64,000 nucleotides of DNA from an uncultured bacterium (GTDB lineage: Bacteria; Verrucomicrobiota; Verrucomicrobiia; Verrucomicrobiales; DEV007), in NCBI GenBank assembly GCA_963977015.1, contig CAXBMO010000009.1, positions 181,270 to 245,269 of the forward strand, in the 5' to 3' direction. The notes under the pieces were generated by a model. It worked only from the letters and a program-made list of their open reading frames with translations, searched no databases and was not told the DNA's origin. Each line of letters begins with the position of its first letter. The first letter of the stretch is position 1. Positions 20,208 through 28,659 of this stretch are shown one piece after another. The position numbers and the translations under genes were made by a program.

Positions 20208-21194
20208 TTAGTTTCCTAAAGAACTAAGCCCAACAAATTGTCCTCCATTGCGATCAGCAAGCTTGAAAAGGAAGGATACGAACTCCGCATCCTCGGTATA
20301 ATCCCCAACCGCCACCGTGTGGATTTCCTTCCTCCCAGCATTTTGACTGGTGATTTGGCTCAAAATTTCGTCGTGGGTCGCATCATTGGGATTTCCATCA
20401 GTGAACAGAATGACCGCCTCCGCCGAGCTGTTAAGCGCCTTTTTGAGCGCGGTCAGGGTTGGGGTTTGCCCCCGGAACTCCGAGGTCCACTTGCGGACCG
20501 TCGCCTTGGCTTCCGAAATCCCGCTGCTGTTCATCGTCCGCAAGGTTGGAAACGGTTCCGGCCAAACGTGAAAAATGGGTGTGGTCGCCTCGGTACTGTC
20601 CGTATGAAACCCCAGCATCGACATCTGATAACCGGAATCCATGGGATCGACCATTTGCGCCACGGCCTGTTCGGTAATCGTTTTGTATTCTTTCATACTT
20701 CCCGACATATCCACCACAAAAATGAGCTTTTTGGCTTGGGTCACAATTCCGAGAAAAGCCAACCGGTGGGCCTCTTCCAACTCTCGTTCCAAGGATCTGG
20801 CGCGTTCTTCGGCATTGCGACGAGCGACTTCCAGGTCTTTTACCTGCCGATTCGCCTTTTTCTTGGCTTCTTCCAAACTCGCGACGGCACTGCGGGCCTC
20901 CGCCTGGGCTTGATTGGCCTTCTGCCGCATCGCCTCTGCCTCATCGGCGTTCACCCGAGCCATTTTTTCGGCTTCGATTCGTGCTTCAACGGCCTTTCTG
21001 GAAGCGCTTTCCGCTTGCGCCCGCAGTTGCTCCAAAAGAAAGACGTTTCGTTGAGCCTCCTCAAAATCCCGCGAGGTCTTCTGGTAATACTGCGTCAGAA
21101 TGATCATCAGCAGCATGAACGCCCCCATCGCACACGCAAAAAGGTCAACCATGGACAGACTGAACGTCTCAATCGTGCGGCTGCGTTTTCTCAT
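20208..21194 (-). CDS. Membrane-anchored vWA protein with MotB/ExbD-like N-terminal TM and coiled coil
   Basis: Basic N-terminus, FSLSMVDLFACAMGAFMLLMIIL (Asp at TM start), ~100 aa coiled coil, full MIDAS VVDMSGS...T...LFTDG. Confidence 0.82.
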   Translation of the reverse strand: MRKRSRTIETFSLSMVDLFACAMGAFMLLMIILTQYYQKTSRDFEEAQRNVFLLEQLRAQAESASRKAVEARIEAEKMARVNADEAEAMRQKANQAQAEARSAVASLEEAKKKANRQVKDLEVARRNAEERARSLERELEEAHRLAFLGIVTQAKKLIFVVDMSGSMKEYKTITEQAVAQMVDPMDSGYQMSMLGFHTDSTEATTPIFHVWPEPFPTLRTMNSSGISEAKATVRKWTSEFRGQTPTLTALKKALNSSAEAVILFTDGNPNDATHDEILSQITSQNAGRKEIHTVAVGDYTEDAEFVSFLFKLADRNGGQFVGLSSLGN

Positions 21195-21552
21195 GTCCTG
21201 CCATTTTGCATAAGTTCGATCTGGGAAAAACTGTTCTAATCGATCAGATCGTCAACCTCAAGTATCAATCTGACAAGGCCCCGCCAAAAGCCTTCGCCCA
21301 ATACCGGAATCACACTTTTTTCGCATTCGGAGCAAACAGTTCCGACCGGAATTCGAAATGCATCCAGTCGAAGTGATCCCAAGGAAGGTAAAAGCGTAAC
21401 TTCGCATTTCCCGACATCGAAAGTTCAACGGAAGCGGGCGGTAGGAGGCTCCAATTCGATTGCCTCGTAAGATTAGGCTTGCCGACGAAAGCGCTCACGG
21501 TTTAAAAACGATCGTAGGCTATATTGATAATCAAACGGCAGGATTCCAAGTG

Positions 21553-23292
21553 ATGGACGCGATACAGGAGCGACGACCATTGAAACCGCGGTCTCGATTG
21601 GGTGACTACCGAATCGACCAAGTCCTTCAACAGGGAGGTCTCGTCGTGTCCTATCTCGCTCACGATCTGCAGTTGAAGAAACCGGTGGTGGTCGAGGAAT
21701 TGGTTCCGCAGGGCCTGGCTGGTCGCTCCTCGGGCGAGGCGGTGTTGCCATCGAATGGTGAATGCCCGGTTACGTTCGCCCAGGCGAAAGAGGCGTTTAT
21801 CGCGGAAACGAAATTGGTCGCCGGAATCACTCATCCCAATGTGATTCACGTCCTGCGCTTGTTTGAGGCAAACAACACGGCCTATCGCGTTGTCGAGCAC
21901 GTGCGGGGGCCGAATTTGGAGACGTTTCTGAGCCTTGCCGAAAAGCCCATTCCGGCTCACACGCTACGCAGACTCCTGAGCCAGATTCTGGCCGGACTCG
22001 AACGCATCCATCAACGCGGGTTTGCTCACCTCGGCATCTCACCGGTCACGATCATGGTGGCGGAGGATACGAAGCGGCCCGTCTTGGCGGAATTCGGGAT
22101 CGCCCGCGCCAAGTTGCGAAACTCCGGTTGGACGAACTCCGAAATCGCGGGCGACTGCCTTGCTCCCGAGCTTTCACCTTCCGTGCCCGATGAAGCGGGC
22201 CCGCACTCCGACATCTATGCTTTCGCCAAAACGATCCATCGGGCCTTGATCGAAAGTTCTCCGGAACGCGATCAAATATCCGGAGCGGAGGGACTGAGTG
22301 GTGACTCGATCCTGATCAACCGCTATGGCCTTGCGTTTTTGAGGGAACTCGAGCGGGGATCCAGTCAAAATCCCGCAACTCGGCCACAGAGTGCTTCCGA
22401 ATGGTCAGAGTTGCCTGAACTGCTTTCTCCTCATGAAGCAGATCCCAAACCGGCGCAAATCCTGACACGGAGAAAAAAGGGGGGAAGTTGGCGAATTGGA
22501 AACGGGTTTTGGAAGCTTCTTCACCAGGACGGTGAGTCCGCCCCCGTTGAATCCAAGGCGATTCAAAGCACTCCAGCAATTATCGAACCGCCTCCCGCCA
22601 TTGATCCTGACCCCGTTGTCGCCCCCCCTGAAGTTTTGCCAGCCGAGCCGCCACCAGTTTCCAAGCCCCTGGTGGCGGATGTCCCAATTATTGAGCCCCC
22701 TTCCGCAGTAGACGAAGTTCTGGAAATACCGGTCCCCCTACCGGTTTCGGTCCCGGACCACCAAGTACCGGCCATACCAGAGGATCCCGTGGAAGCCATT
22801 CACGAAAACGAAATCCCTTCCCCTGCCGCGAATTCCTCCCCCACTCCAGAATCTCCTCCAGAATCTCCTCCAGAATCTCCTCCAGAATCTCCTCCAGATT
22901 CCGTGCCATTGCCGCTCGTTGCCCCGCTACCTCCTCCGGCTCCCGTTGAGGAGATCCCGCAAAAACCTGCCCAACCAACCGTCACCTCGCTGGAGATCAT
23001 CGCCGGTCCCGGGCAGGGCAATTCTCTTCCTCTCGGCACAGGCCTCAATCGGATCGGTTCCAGCGGCGAAAACGAGATTCCGCTTCAGTTCGGCGATGCA
23101 CAGGTTGCCCAGATTGCCCACGCCTTCATCCTGCGCGACCCGAAGCGACAAGCCTTCTTCCTGCAACCCAACGTGTCCGGCGCAGCACTCCTTTATCTGG
23201 GGGAAGACGAGTCGCTCGTTTTGGCTCCTGTCGAATTGCGCGGCGGCGAGCTGATTCGCATTGGGAACACCAAGCTGAGGTTCATGGCCTAG
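21553..23292 (+). CDS. Pseudokinase - Pro-rich linker - degenerate FHA protein
   Basis: Kinase fold with VVVEE, HLGISPVT, AEFG replacing VAIKE, HRDIKPxN, DFG; C-terminal FHA paralogous to 16564-17250. ATG 21553 preferred to TTG 21460. Confidence 0.8.
   Translation: MDAIQERRPLKPRSRLGDYRIDQVLQQGGLVVSYLAHDLQLKKPVVVEELVPQGLAGRSSGEAVLPSNGECPVTFAQAKEAFIAETKLVAGITHPNVIHVLRLFEANNTAYRVVEHVRGPNLETFLSLAEKPIPAHTLRRLLSQILAGLERIHQRGFAHLGISPVTIMVAEDTKRPVLAEFGIARAKLRNSGWTNSEIAGDCLAPELSPSVPDEAGPHSDIYAFAKTIHRALIESSPERDQISGAEGLSGDSILINRYGLAFLRELERGSSQNPATRPQSASEWSELPELLSPHEADPKPAQILTRRKKGGSWRIGNGFWKLLHQDGESAPVESKAIQSTPAIIEPPPAIDPDPVVAPPEVLPAEPPPVSKPLVADVPIIEPPSAVDEVLEIPVPLPVSVPDHQVPAIPEDPVEAIHENEIPSPAANSSPTPESPPESPPESPPESPPDSVPLPLVAPLPPPAPVEEIPQKPAQPTVTSLEIIAGPGQGNSLPLGTGLNRIGSSGENEIPLQFGDAQVAQIAHAFILRDPKRQAFFLQPNVSGAALLYLGEDESLVLAPVELRGGELIRIGNTKLRFMA
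22846..22899 (+). repeat. 12-bp in-frame tandem repeat (PESP x4)
   Basis: Four perfect CCAGAATCTCCT copies plus a partial copy. Confidence 0.95.
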
Positions 23293-23322
23293 CCCTGCTC
23301 TCAACCCCTCATCCATGCTTCG

Positions 23323-26300
23323 ATGATCAAGTTAAAAGTTTTTGTCAGTTCTCCCGGCGATGTGGCCCGCGAACGGGAAATCGCCCGGCGCGTCATGGCG
23401 AGGGTCGAGAATCGATTCGCCGGACAAGTTGAGATTGAACCCTATCTTTGGGAACACGAACCGCTCCAGTCTTCGGCGGATTTTCAGGGCAACATTCCCC
23501 CAACCTCCTCATTCGATCTCGTCATTTGCATCCTTTGGACGAGGCTGGGAACTCGTCTCGGACCGCAATATCAAACGACGGAAGGGAGGCGCTTCAACTC
23601 CGGAACCGAGTTTGAGGTGTTGACCACCATTGAAGCTCAAGATCAACCGCCACAGGGGCTTCCCATTCTCAGCATCTTTTTGAACAAGACGGATTGGAAG
23701 GTGCCGACCCAAGATCTTAGTGCCGCGCAAAGTCAATTGGCTCAACTCCAAAAGCTCCGCGACTTTTTGGCTCAATTGTTTTTTGAGCAGGATGAAGAAG
23801 ATGAGTCGGTGACCCTGAACAAACGCGCGTTCAATCAATACCATTCCCTCGATCAATTTGAGGATCTCTTGAACAAACAGATCGTTCAGCTGATCGAGAA
23901 GAAGCTCCGTGACCGACCCGAAGGCGGACTGGCCCCGCCCGAAAAGCGGAAGGCCAGTTGGAAGGGAAATCCCTATCGCGGCCTGGAGGTCTTCGAATTC
24001 AAACACGCCGCCATTCTTTATGGGAGAACCCGGGCAACCGAGTCCGTTCTCAATGCCCTGAAGTCCAGATGGGACGCTGGTTGCGGCTTCACCCTGATTT
24101 TGGGAGCCAGCGGAACCGGAAAAAGCAGCCTCGTTCGCGCCGGGGTGTTGCCTCTCCTCATTCAACCCGGCGTCGTCGAAAAGGTCGGGCTTTGGCGGCG
24201 TGCCTCGATCATGCCCGGCCGGTCTTCCGGCGATGCGATGGATGCCTTGTCAGCCGCCCTCCTCTCCCCCGAAGCCCTGCCCAACCTCGCCCCCATCGAA
24301 GATTCCGAGCGCGTTCACCAATTGGCCGCCGAACTGCGAACCATGCCGGAGTTTGTCGCCGATAGAATCCGAGACGAACTTCGTCAGGCCGGGCACACCT
24401 GGTTGGTGGAAGAAAAAGTGAAGCTGAACGAGAAAGCCAGCCAACTGAGCCGGGAAGGGCGGAGTCAGGACGCGGCGACACTGGAAGCGCAAATCCAGGG
24501 GATGGCCGCCCCGGAAACCCGGTTGGTCATTTTGGTCGATCAGTTTGAGGAACTCTTTACCTCGACCATTTCCGAAGAAGCCAGAATCGAGTTTGTGCGG
24601 GTCATCGACTGTTTCGCGAGAATGGGAGAGACGGCGGTGATTGCAACGATGCGTTCGGATTTCTATGCGTCCTACCAGCGCTATCCCTTGCTGATCAACC
24701 TTGCCGGTGAAACGGGGAGAGTCGATCTCACCCCGCCTCAACCCATTGAAATCGGGGAAATGATCCGAGGTCCCGCGGAAGCCGCCGGTTTACAGTTTGA
24801 GATCGATGCGGAAACCAATCAATCGCTCGACGAAGCCTTGCGTGACGCCGCCATGGAAAGCCCCGAAGGTCTTCCCTTGTTGGAGCACGTTCTCAAGTTG
24901 CTGTTCCAGCTTCAAGCAGAACGTCAGGACGGCTGGCTTCGGTGGGAAGACTATCGAAAGCTGGGTGAGTTTTCGGGCGCTCTATCCCAACATGCTGATC
25001 AGGTTCTGGGCCAGTTGAAGAGCAGTTCCCTGGAAGTCCTGGACGATGTGCTCGAAAGCCTGATCACGGTTGGAGTCAGCGAAGAGAGCAAGCCGGTGCG
25101 ACGAATTGCCAGATACGACCTGGTCGCAACCCATCCGGCCGTTTCCAATTTGATCGAAGCGTTCGTGGATGCCCGACTTTTTACAACCGGCAAGGATGAA
25201 CAGGGCCGGGCGACGGTTTCCGTGGCTCACGAAGCCCTGCTTCGCGTCTGGCCACGAATCACCGAGTGGATTGAGGAGAACCGCGATTTCCTGCAAATGC
25301 GAGCCCGGCTCGAAACCGCTCGAAAAGCGTGGGAAGCCGCCAAAGAACACCCGGACTTTCTCCTGGATCACGGCCGCCCTCTCGCTGAGGCGGAAGAGCT
25401 TCAAAGCCGATATGGAAGCGCCTTGGCCGAGCGAGACCGCACCTTTATCCGCCTCTCCAGCGCCGCGGTCCACCGCGTGGAAAACCGGAATCGCCGCATT
25501 CGCCGAACCGTCCTCTCCGGAATTTCCACGCTCGCCCTGATCGCAATCGGCTTTGCCATCTTTGCCAATCGCATGCAGGCGAAGGCGGTCGAAGAACGGC
25601 AGGCCACCGAAGCGGCAAACCTGGCAATCTTGAAAGGCAACGCGAGATCTGCAAAACAATCGCACAAATTGGCGGAGGCCGCGCTTTGGGACGTCGCCTT
25701 GATTGAGGCGAAACAACGCCTGGGGCAACCCAACCGGCTGGATCAGCTTCGCCTGCTCGCCTTGGAACCGGAATTAGATTTCTTTCGCTGGCGCTTGCCG
25801 AGCAATGGCAGAGTCCGGCAAATCGTTCCACGTTCTTCGGGCGAATCCGTCTTTCTCAATCTCGGTTCCCGGGATCTGCTTCACGCGACACGAAACGAAG
25901 ATGGAGATTGGAACCTTGAAGCATTGAACGCGATCCGCGAGCCGGTCTTCACCATCGCCCCATCGCCCGGAGACGAAGGCATTCTGTTCGTCATCACCAG
26001 ACAAAAACTCATCGCCATGAACGTGAATTCCATGACGCAGCTTTGGGAGTTTGCGGCGGACGAAGGTGAGTTTTCGCCTGCCCTGTCGGTGACCGAAAAC
26101 GTTTGGGTTTGGCTGGGCAATCAGCTTCTCGGGATTGATCCCTCCAAAGGAACCGTCAAGGTCTCCATGCAGACCGGCCTTTCCTCCGCGTCGACCATTG
26201 ACGCCGCCGTGATCGACGCCGCGCAAGGGAAAGTCTTCGCGATTGTGGACAAAAACCATCAAATGGCCTGGTCCCTCGCATCCGGAGATCTCCTGTTCGA

Positions 26301-28659
26301 AGACGACTACTCGGGTTGGTATGCAGGCAGCCTCGCCAGCCACGACAATGGCATCGCGCTCCTTTCCCACCAACGAGGTAACGATGAGTTGATCTTGCGC
26401 AATTTCACCGGCCTCAGCGATCCGATTCGAATTGCCATGCACTGGGACGCCATGTCGGTCTTCCAAGCTCGTGAAAAAGGCGTCCAGATCGTTTGCCGGG
26501 ACGGCGCCATCAGGGCTTGGGATTGGAACGGCAACTTCCTCAACACCCAACGAATTGCCGATGCGAATGGAACCAGCGCGACCGCAAAAGTCGGAGACAC
26601 AACCTGGGTAGCCGGGGACAACCTGTCGATCTACCAATCGCTCGACACGCCACCGGTGTTCACGCAATCCTGGTGGAGGGACGTCCGGCACATCCAGGCA
26701 CTCAACCAAGACCGGTTCCTGTTGCAGACCCGTCGCGGCCTCGAGATTCGGTCGATGGAAGACGGGAACTTGCTCTCCTCCCGTCTGATTTCGGCAGATG
26801 ACGTCTTGGTCGAAGAGGAAGCCGGGCTGGTCTTTCTGCGTCGCCCGGGAGTTCTGGAGGTTTACGAATGGAGTGAGCTTTTTGATTCCGAAATTTCAAA
26901 TCCGGCCCCATCAGCTCGCGTCTACGGAGTCGACCAAGGCCCCATGGCTTTTGATGGTTCGCGGCAACAAATCGCGGTTCCCTATAACGACGGGTTTCAC
27001 ATGTTTGATGCCCCAACTCTGAAGCGCAGCCAGCGGATTTTAAACTCGAGTCCTGCCGCCGCCGCATTCGAGCCGAACACTCAAGATCTTTGGCTGGCTA
27101 ACCTCGATACAGCAAGAGGTCGTATGGAAATCTTCGTCCATCGTGATTCCGGGAATCAGGGCATGCTCTATCATCCGGTTCATCCCGAATCAATCAACAC
27201 GTCGAGCTTTCAGTTCTCCGACAGGAGGTGGCTTCTGCTGGGCCACAAAGATGGCTCGGCGGAAGGGCTCGATCTGACACTTCGATCCAGCCACGAACGA
27301 TCCCTCGTCATTCCCGAACCGGCTGTGAAACCCATTTCACCTTCCGGATACAAACCCGTCGCCTCCATTCACGTGCTTCCAAACCAGGAATTTCTCCTTT
27401 CCAGAAGCACCAACGCGTTGGCCATTTTCCGTCCCGACAAGGAAGGGAAATACGCCGAGAAACGAACATTCTCACCCTTTACAAAACCTCCCAACCAAGT
27501 GGTCCCCCTTCCCAACCAAACGGTACTGATCGAGTCGGGAGGGGAATTGGCACTCTTTCAACTCGGCAACTCCATGCGGCTGTCGCGTTTTGATGACGAT
27601 GTGGGGAAACAATCGACAGGCTCCCACGCATTCTGCACGCCTAACGGAGTTGTTCACCCCAAAGACCGCACCGTGGTGATCGTCGGGGAATCCGGGACAT
27701 CACAGACTCTCGTTCCCGAGAAAACGTCTTCCGAAAGTTTCGAGGAAGTGTTTGTCGGCCCGGGAGAGGATCTGGTTCTCGCGCTCGATTGGGAGGCCGT
27801 CGTCGCTTGGACACTGGACAAGGAGAATGCTGGCAAAACGTTCTTTGACGCGGGCATTGAACCTTCAGCATCCCGAATCCTGGCGTTGCCCGCCGCCCAA
27901 CCGGGCACCCTGACGTTTACGGGCCGGAGAAGTTTTGCCGTCGCGGTTCGATCCGAAATTTGGGAAATCGAAGTGCCTGAAGATGGAACTTCCAAACTCA
28001 AAACCTCGCGAACCTGGAGGCCGCAACTTGGCTCCGACACTCGAATTACTTCGATGGCGAAATCCGGCGAGACCTTCGCGGTCGTGGATCGAACCCAGGA
28101 TCGCCCTTTTCTCTACGGAATCACCGGCCATCCTCATCAACCGGACATTGCTCAGATCGCGTTGCCTGGAATCCCACGGTCTCTTCGATCTCTGAATCAA
28201 CAGGGAGTGATCGCGGTTGGTTCGGAAGATGAGATTTTCGTCGTCGATGTGGCCGGGAACAGGCTGTTGCGCCGCATTGAGCTTCCGAAATCCGGGCAAT
28301 CGGAAATCCGCCCGATCGAAGACATGTCTCCCGTTCCCGGATCGAACGTCGTCCTGATTGGGCGCGAACAACGGATCAGCGCAGTGGATTGGGAAAGCGG
28401 CGAATTTATCACCGACTTCCCGGTGCATGAGTTTGTCTCCTCCATCCACGTCGATCCGGATCGACAACAGGCCCGGTGGTTGGGAAGCAAATGTCACGGA
28501 ATCATTTATTTGCCGAACTTCACGGCCAAGGCCCCCACCGCCGAAGAATTGGAACAAAAACTGGGGCTGCAGCTGAGGAACGGACAGATCCATCAAACCA
28601 AACCACCGCTGCGATTGCGCAGGGTGACGCCTCCACTCTTAAACGCTTCTCATCCATGA
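23323..28659 (+). CDS. DUF4062/TIR-like N-terminal domain - STAND (nSTAND1-type) NTPase - TM - beta-propeller-like repeats
   Basis: VFVSSPGDV...DLVICILW..LGT...SGTEFE; NPYRGL; Walker A GASGTGKSS; Walker B LVDQFEELF; MRSDF; LPLL; VAHEALLRVWP; TM VLSGISTLALIAIGFAIFA; ~900 aa beta-rich tail. Confidence 0.85.
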   Translation: MIKLKVFVSSPGDVAREREIARRVMARVENRFAGQVEIEPYLWEHEPLQSSADFQGNIPPTSSFDLVICILWTRLGTRLGPQYQTTEGRRFNSGTEFEVLTTIEAQDQPPQGLPILSIFLNKTDWKVPTQDLSAAQSQLAQLQKLRDFLAQLFFEQDEEDESVTLNKRAFNQYHSLDQFEDLLNKQIVQLIEKKLRDRPEGGLAPPEKRKASWKGNPYRGLEVFEFKHAAILYGRTRATESVLNALKSRWDAGCGFTLILGASGTGKSSLVRAGVLPLLIQPGVVEKVGLWRRASIMPGRSSGDAMDALSAALLSPEALPNLAPIEDSERVHQLAAELRTMPEFVADRIRDELRQAGHTWLVEEKVKLNEKASQLSREGRSQDAATLEAQIQGMAAPETRLVILVDQFEELFTSTISEEARIEFVRVIDCFARMGETAVIATMRSDFYASYQRYPLLINLAGETGRVDLTPPQPIEIGEMIRGPAEAAGLQFEIDAETNQSLDEALRDAAMESPEGLPLLEHVLKLLFQLQAERQDGWLRWEDYRKLGEFSGALSQHADQVLGQLKSSSLEVLDDVLESLITVGVSEESKPVRRIARYDLVATHPAVSNLIEAFVDARLFTTGKDEQGRATVSVAHEALLRVWPRITEWIEENRDFLQMRARLETARKAWEAAKEHPDFLLDHGRPLAEAEELQSRYGSALAERDRTFIRLSSAAVHRVENRNRRIRRTVLSGISTLALIAIGFAIFANRMQAKAVEERQATEAANLAILKGNARSAKQSHKLAEAALWDVALIEAKQRLGQPNRLDQLRLLALEPELDFFRWRLPSNGRVRQIVPRSSGESVFLNLGSRDLLHATRNEDGDWNLEALNAIREPVFTIAPSPGDEGILFVITRQKLIAMNVNSMTQLWEFAADEGEFSPALSVTENVWVWLGNQLLGIDPSKGTVKVSMQTGLSSASTIDAAVIDAAQGKVFAIVDKNHQMAWSLASGDLLFEDDYSGWYAGSLASHDNGIALLSHQRGNDELILRNFTGLSDPIRIAMHWDAMSVFQAREKGVQIVCRDGAIRAWDWNGNFLNTQRIADANGTSATAKVGDTTWVAGDNLSIYQSLDTPPVFTQSWWRDVRHIQALNQDRFLLQTRRGLEIRSMEDGNLLSSRLISADDVLVEEEAGLVFLRRPGVLEVYEWSELFDSEISNPAPSARVYGVDQGPMAFDGSRQQIAVPYNDGFHMFDAPTLKRSQRILNSSPAAAAFEPNTQDLWLANLDTARGRMEIFVHRDSGNQGMLYHPVHPESINTSSFQFSDRRWLLLGHKDGSAEGLDLTLRSSHERSLVIPEPAVKPISPSGYKPVASIHVLPNQEFLLSRSTNALAIFRPDKEGKYAEKRTFSPFTKPPNQVVPLPNQTVLIESGGELALFQLGNSMRLSRFDDDVGKQSTGSHAFCTPNGVVHPKDRTVVIVGESGTSQTLVPEKTSSESFEEVFVGPGEDLVLALDWEAVVAWTLDKENAGKTFFDAGIEPSASRILALPAAQPGTLTFTGRRSFAVAVRSEIWEIEVPEDGTSKLKTSRTWRPQLGSDTRITSMAKSGETFAVVDRTQDRPFLYGITGHPHQPDIAQIALPGIPRSLRSLNQQGVIAVGSEDEIFVVDVAGNRLLRRIELPKSGQSEIRPIEDMSPVPGSNVVLIGREQRISAVDWESGEFITDFPVHEFVSSIHVDPDRQQARWLGSKCHGIIYLPNFTAKAPTAEELEQKLGLQLRNGQIHQTKPPLRLRRVTPPLLNASHP

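Noticed and set aside
2170-21194. Type VI secretion system
   Set aside because: Kinase, PP2C, FHA and lipoprotein genes recall T6SS regulation, but no Hcp, VgrG, sheath, baseplate, TssM or ClpV gene was recognised.
17276-21194. Zorya defence system or flagellar stator
   Set aside because: The A subunit has no long ZorA tail, the partner has vWA rather than an OmpA-like domain, and no ZorC/D/E or flagellar genes are present.
15785-21194. TerY-P (vWA-PP2C-kinase) triad
   Set aside because: The vWA proteins here are membrane-anchored fusions and the gene order differs from the compact soluble triad.
28476-28655. N-terminal extensions in the ORF track (also 50-112, 44023-44175, 49526-49582)
   Set aside because: Downstream ATGs give signal peptides or family-typical starts and avoid overlaps with neighbouring genes or operators.
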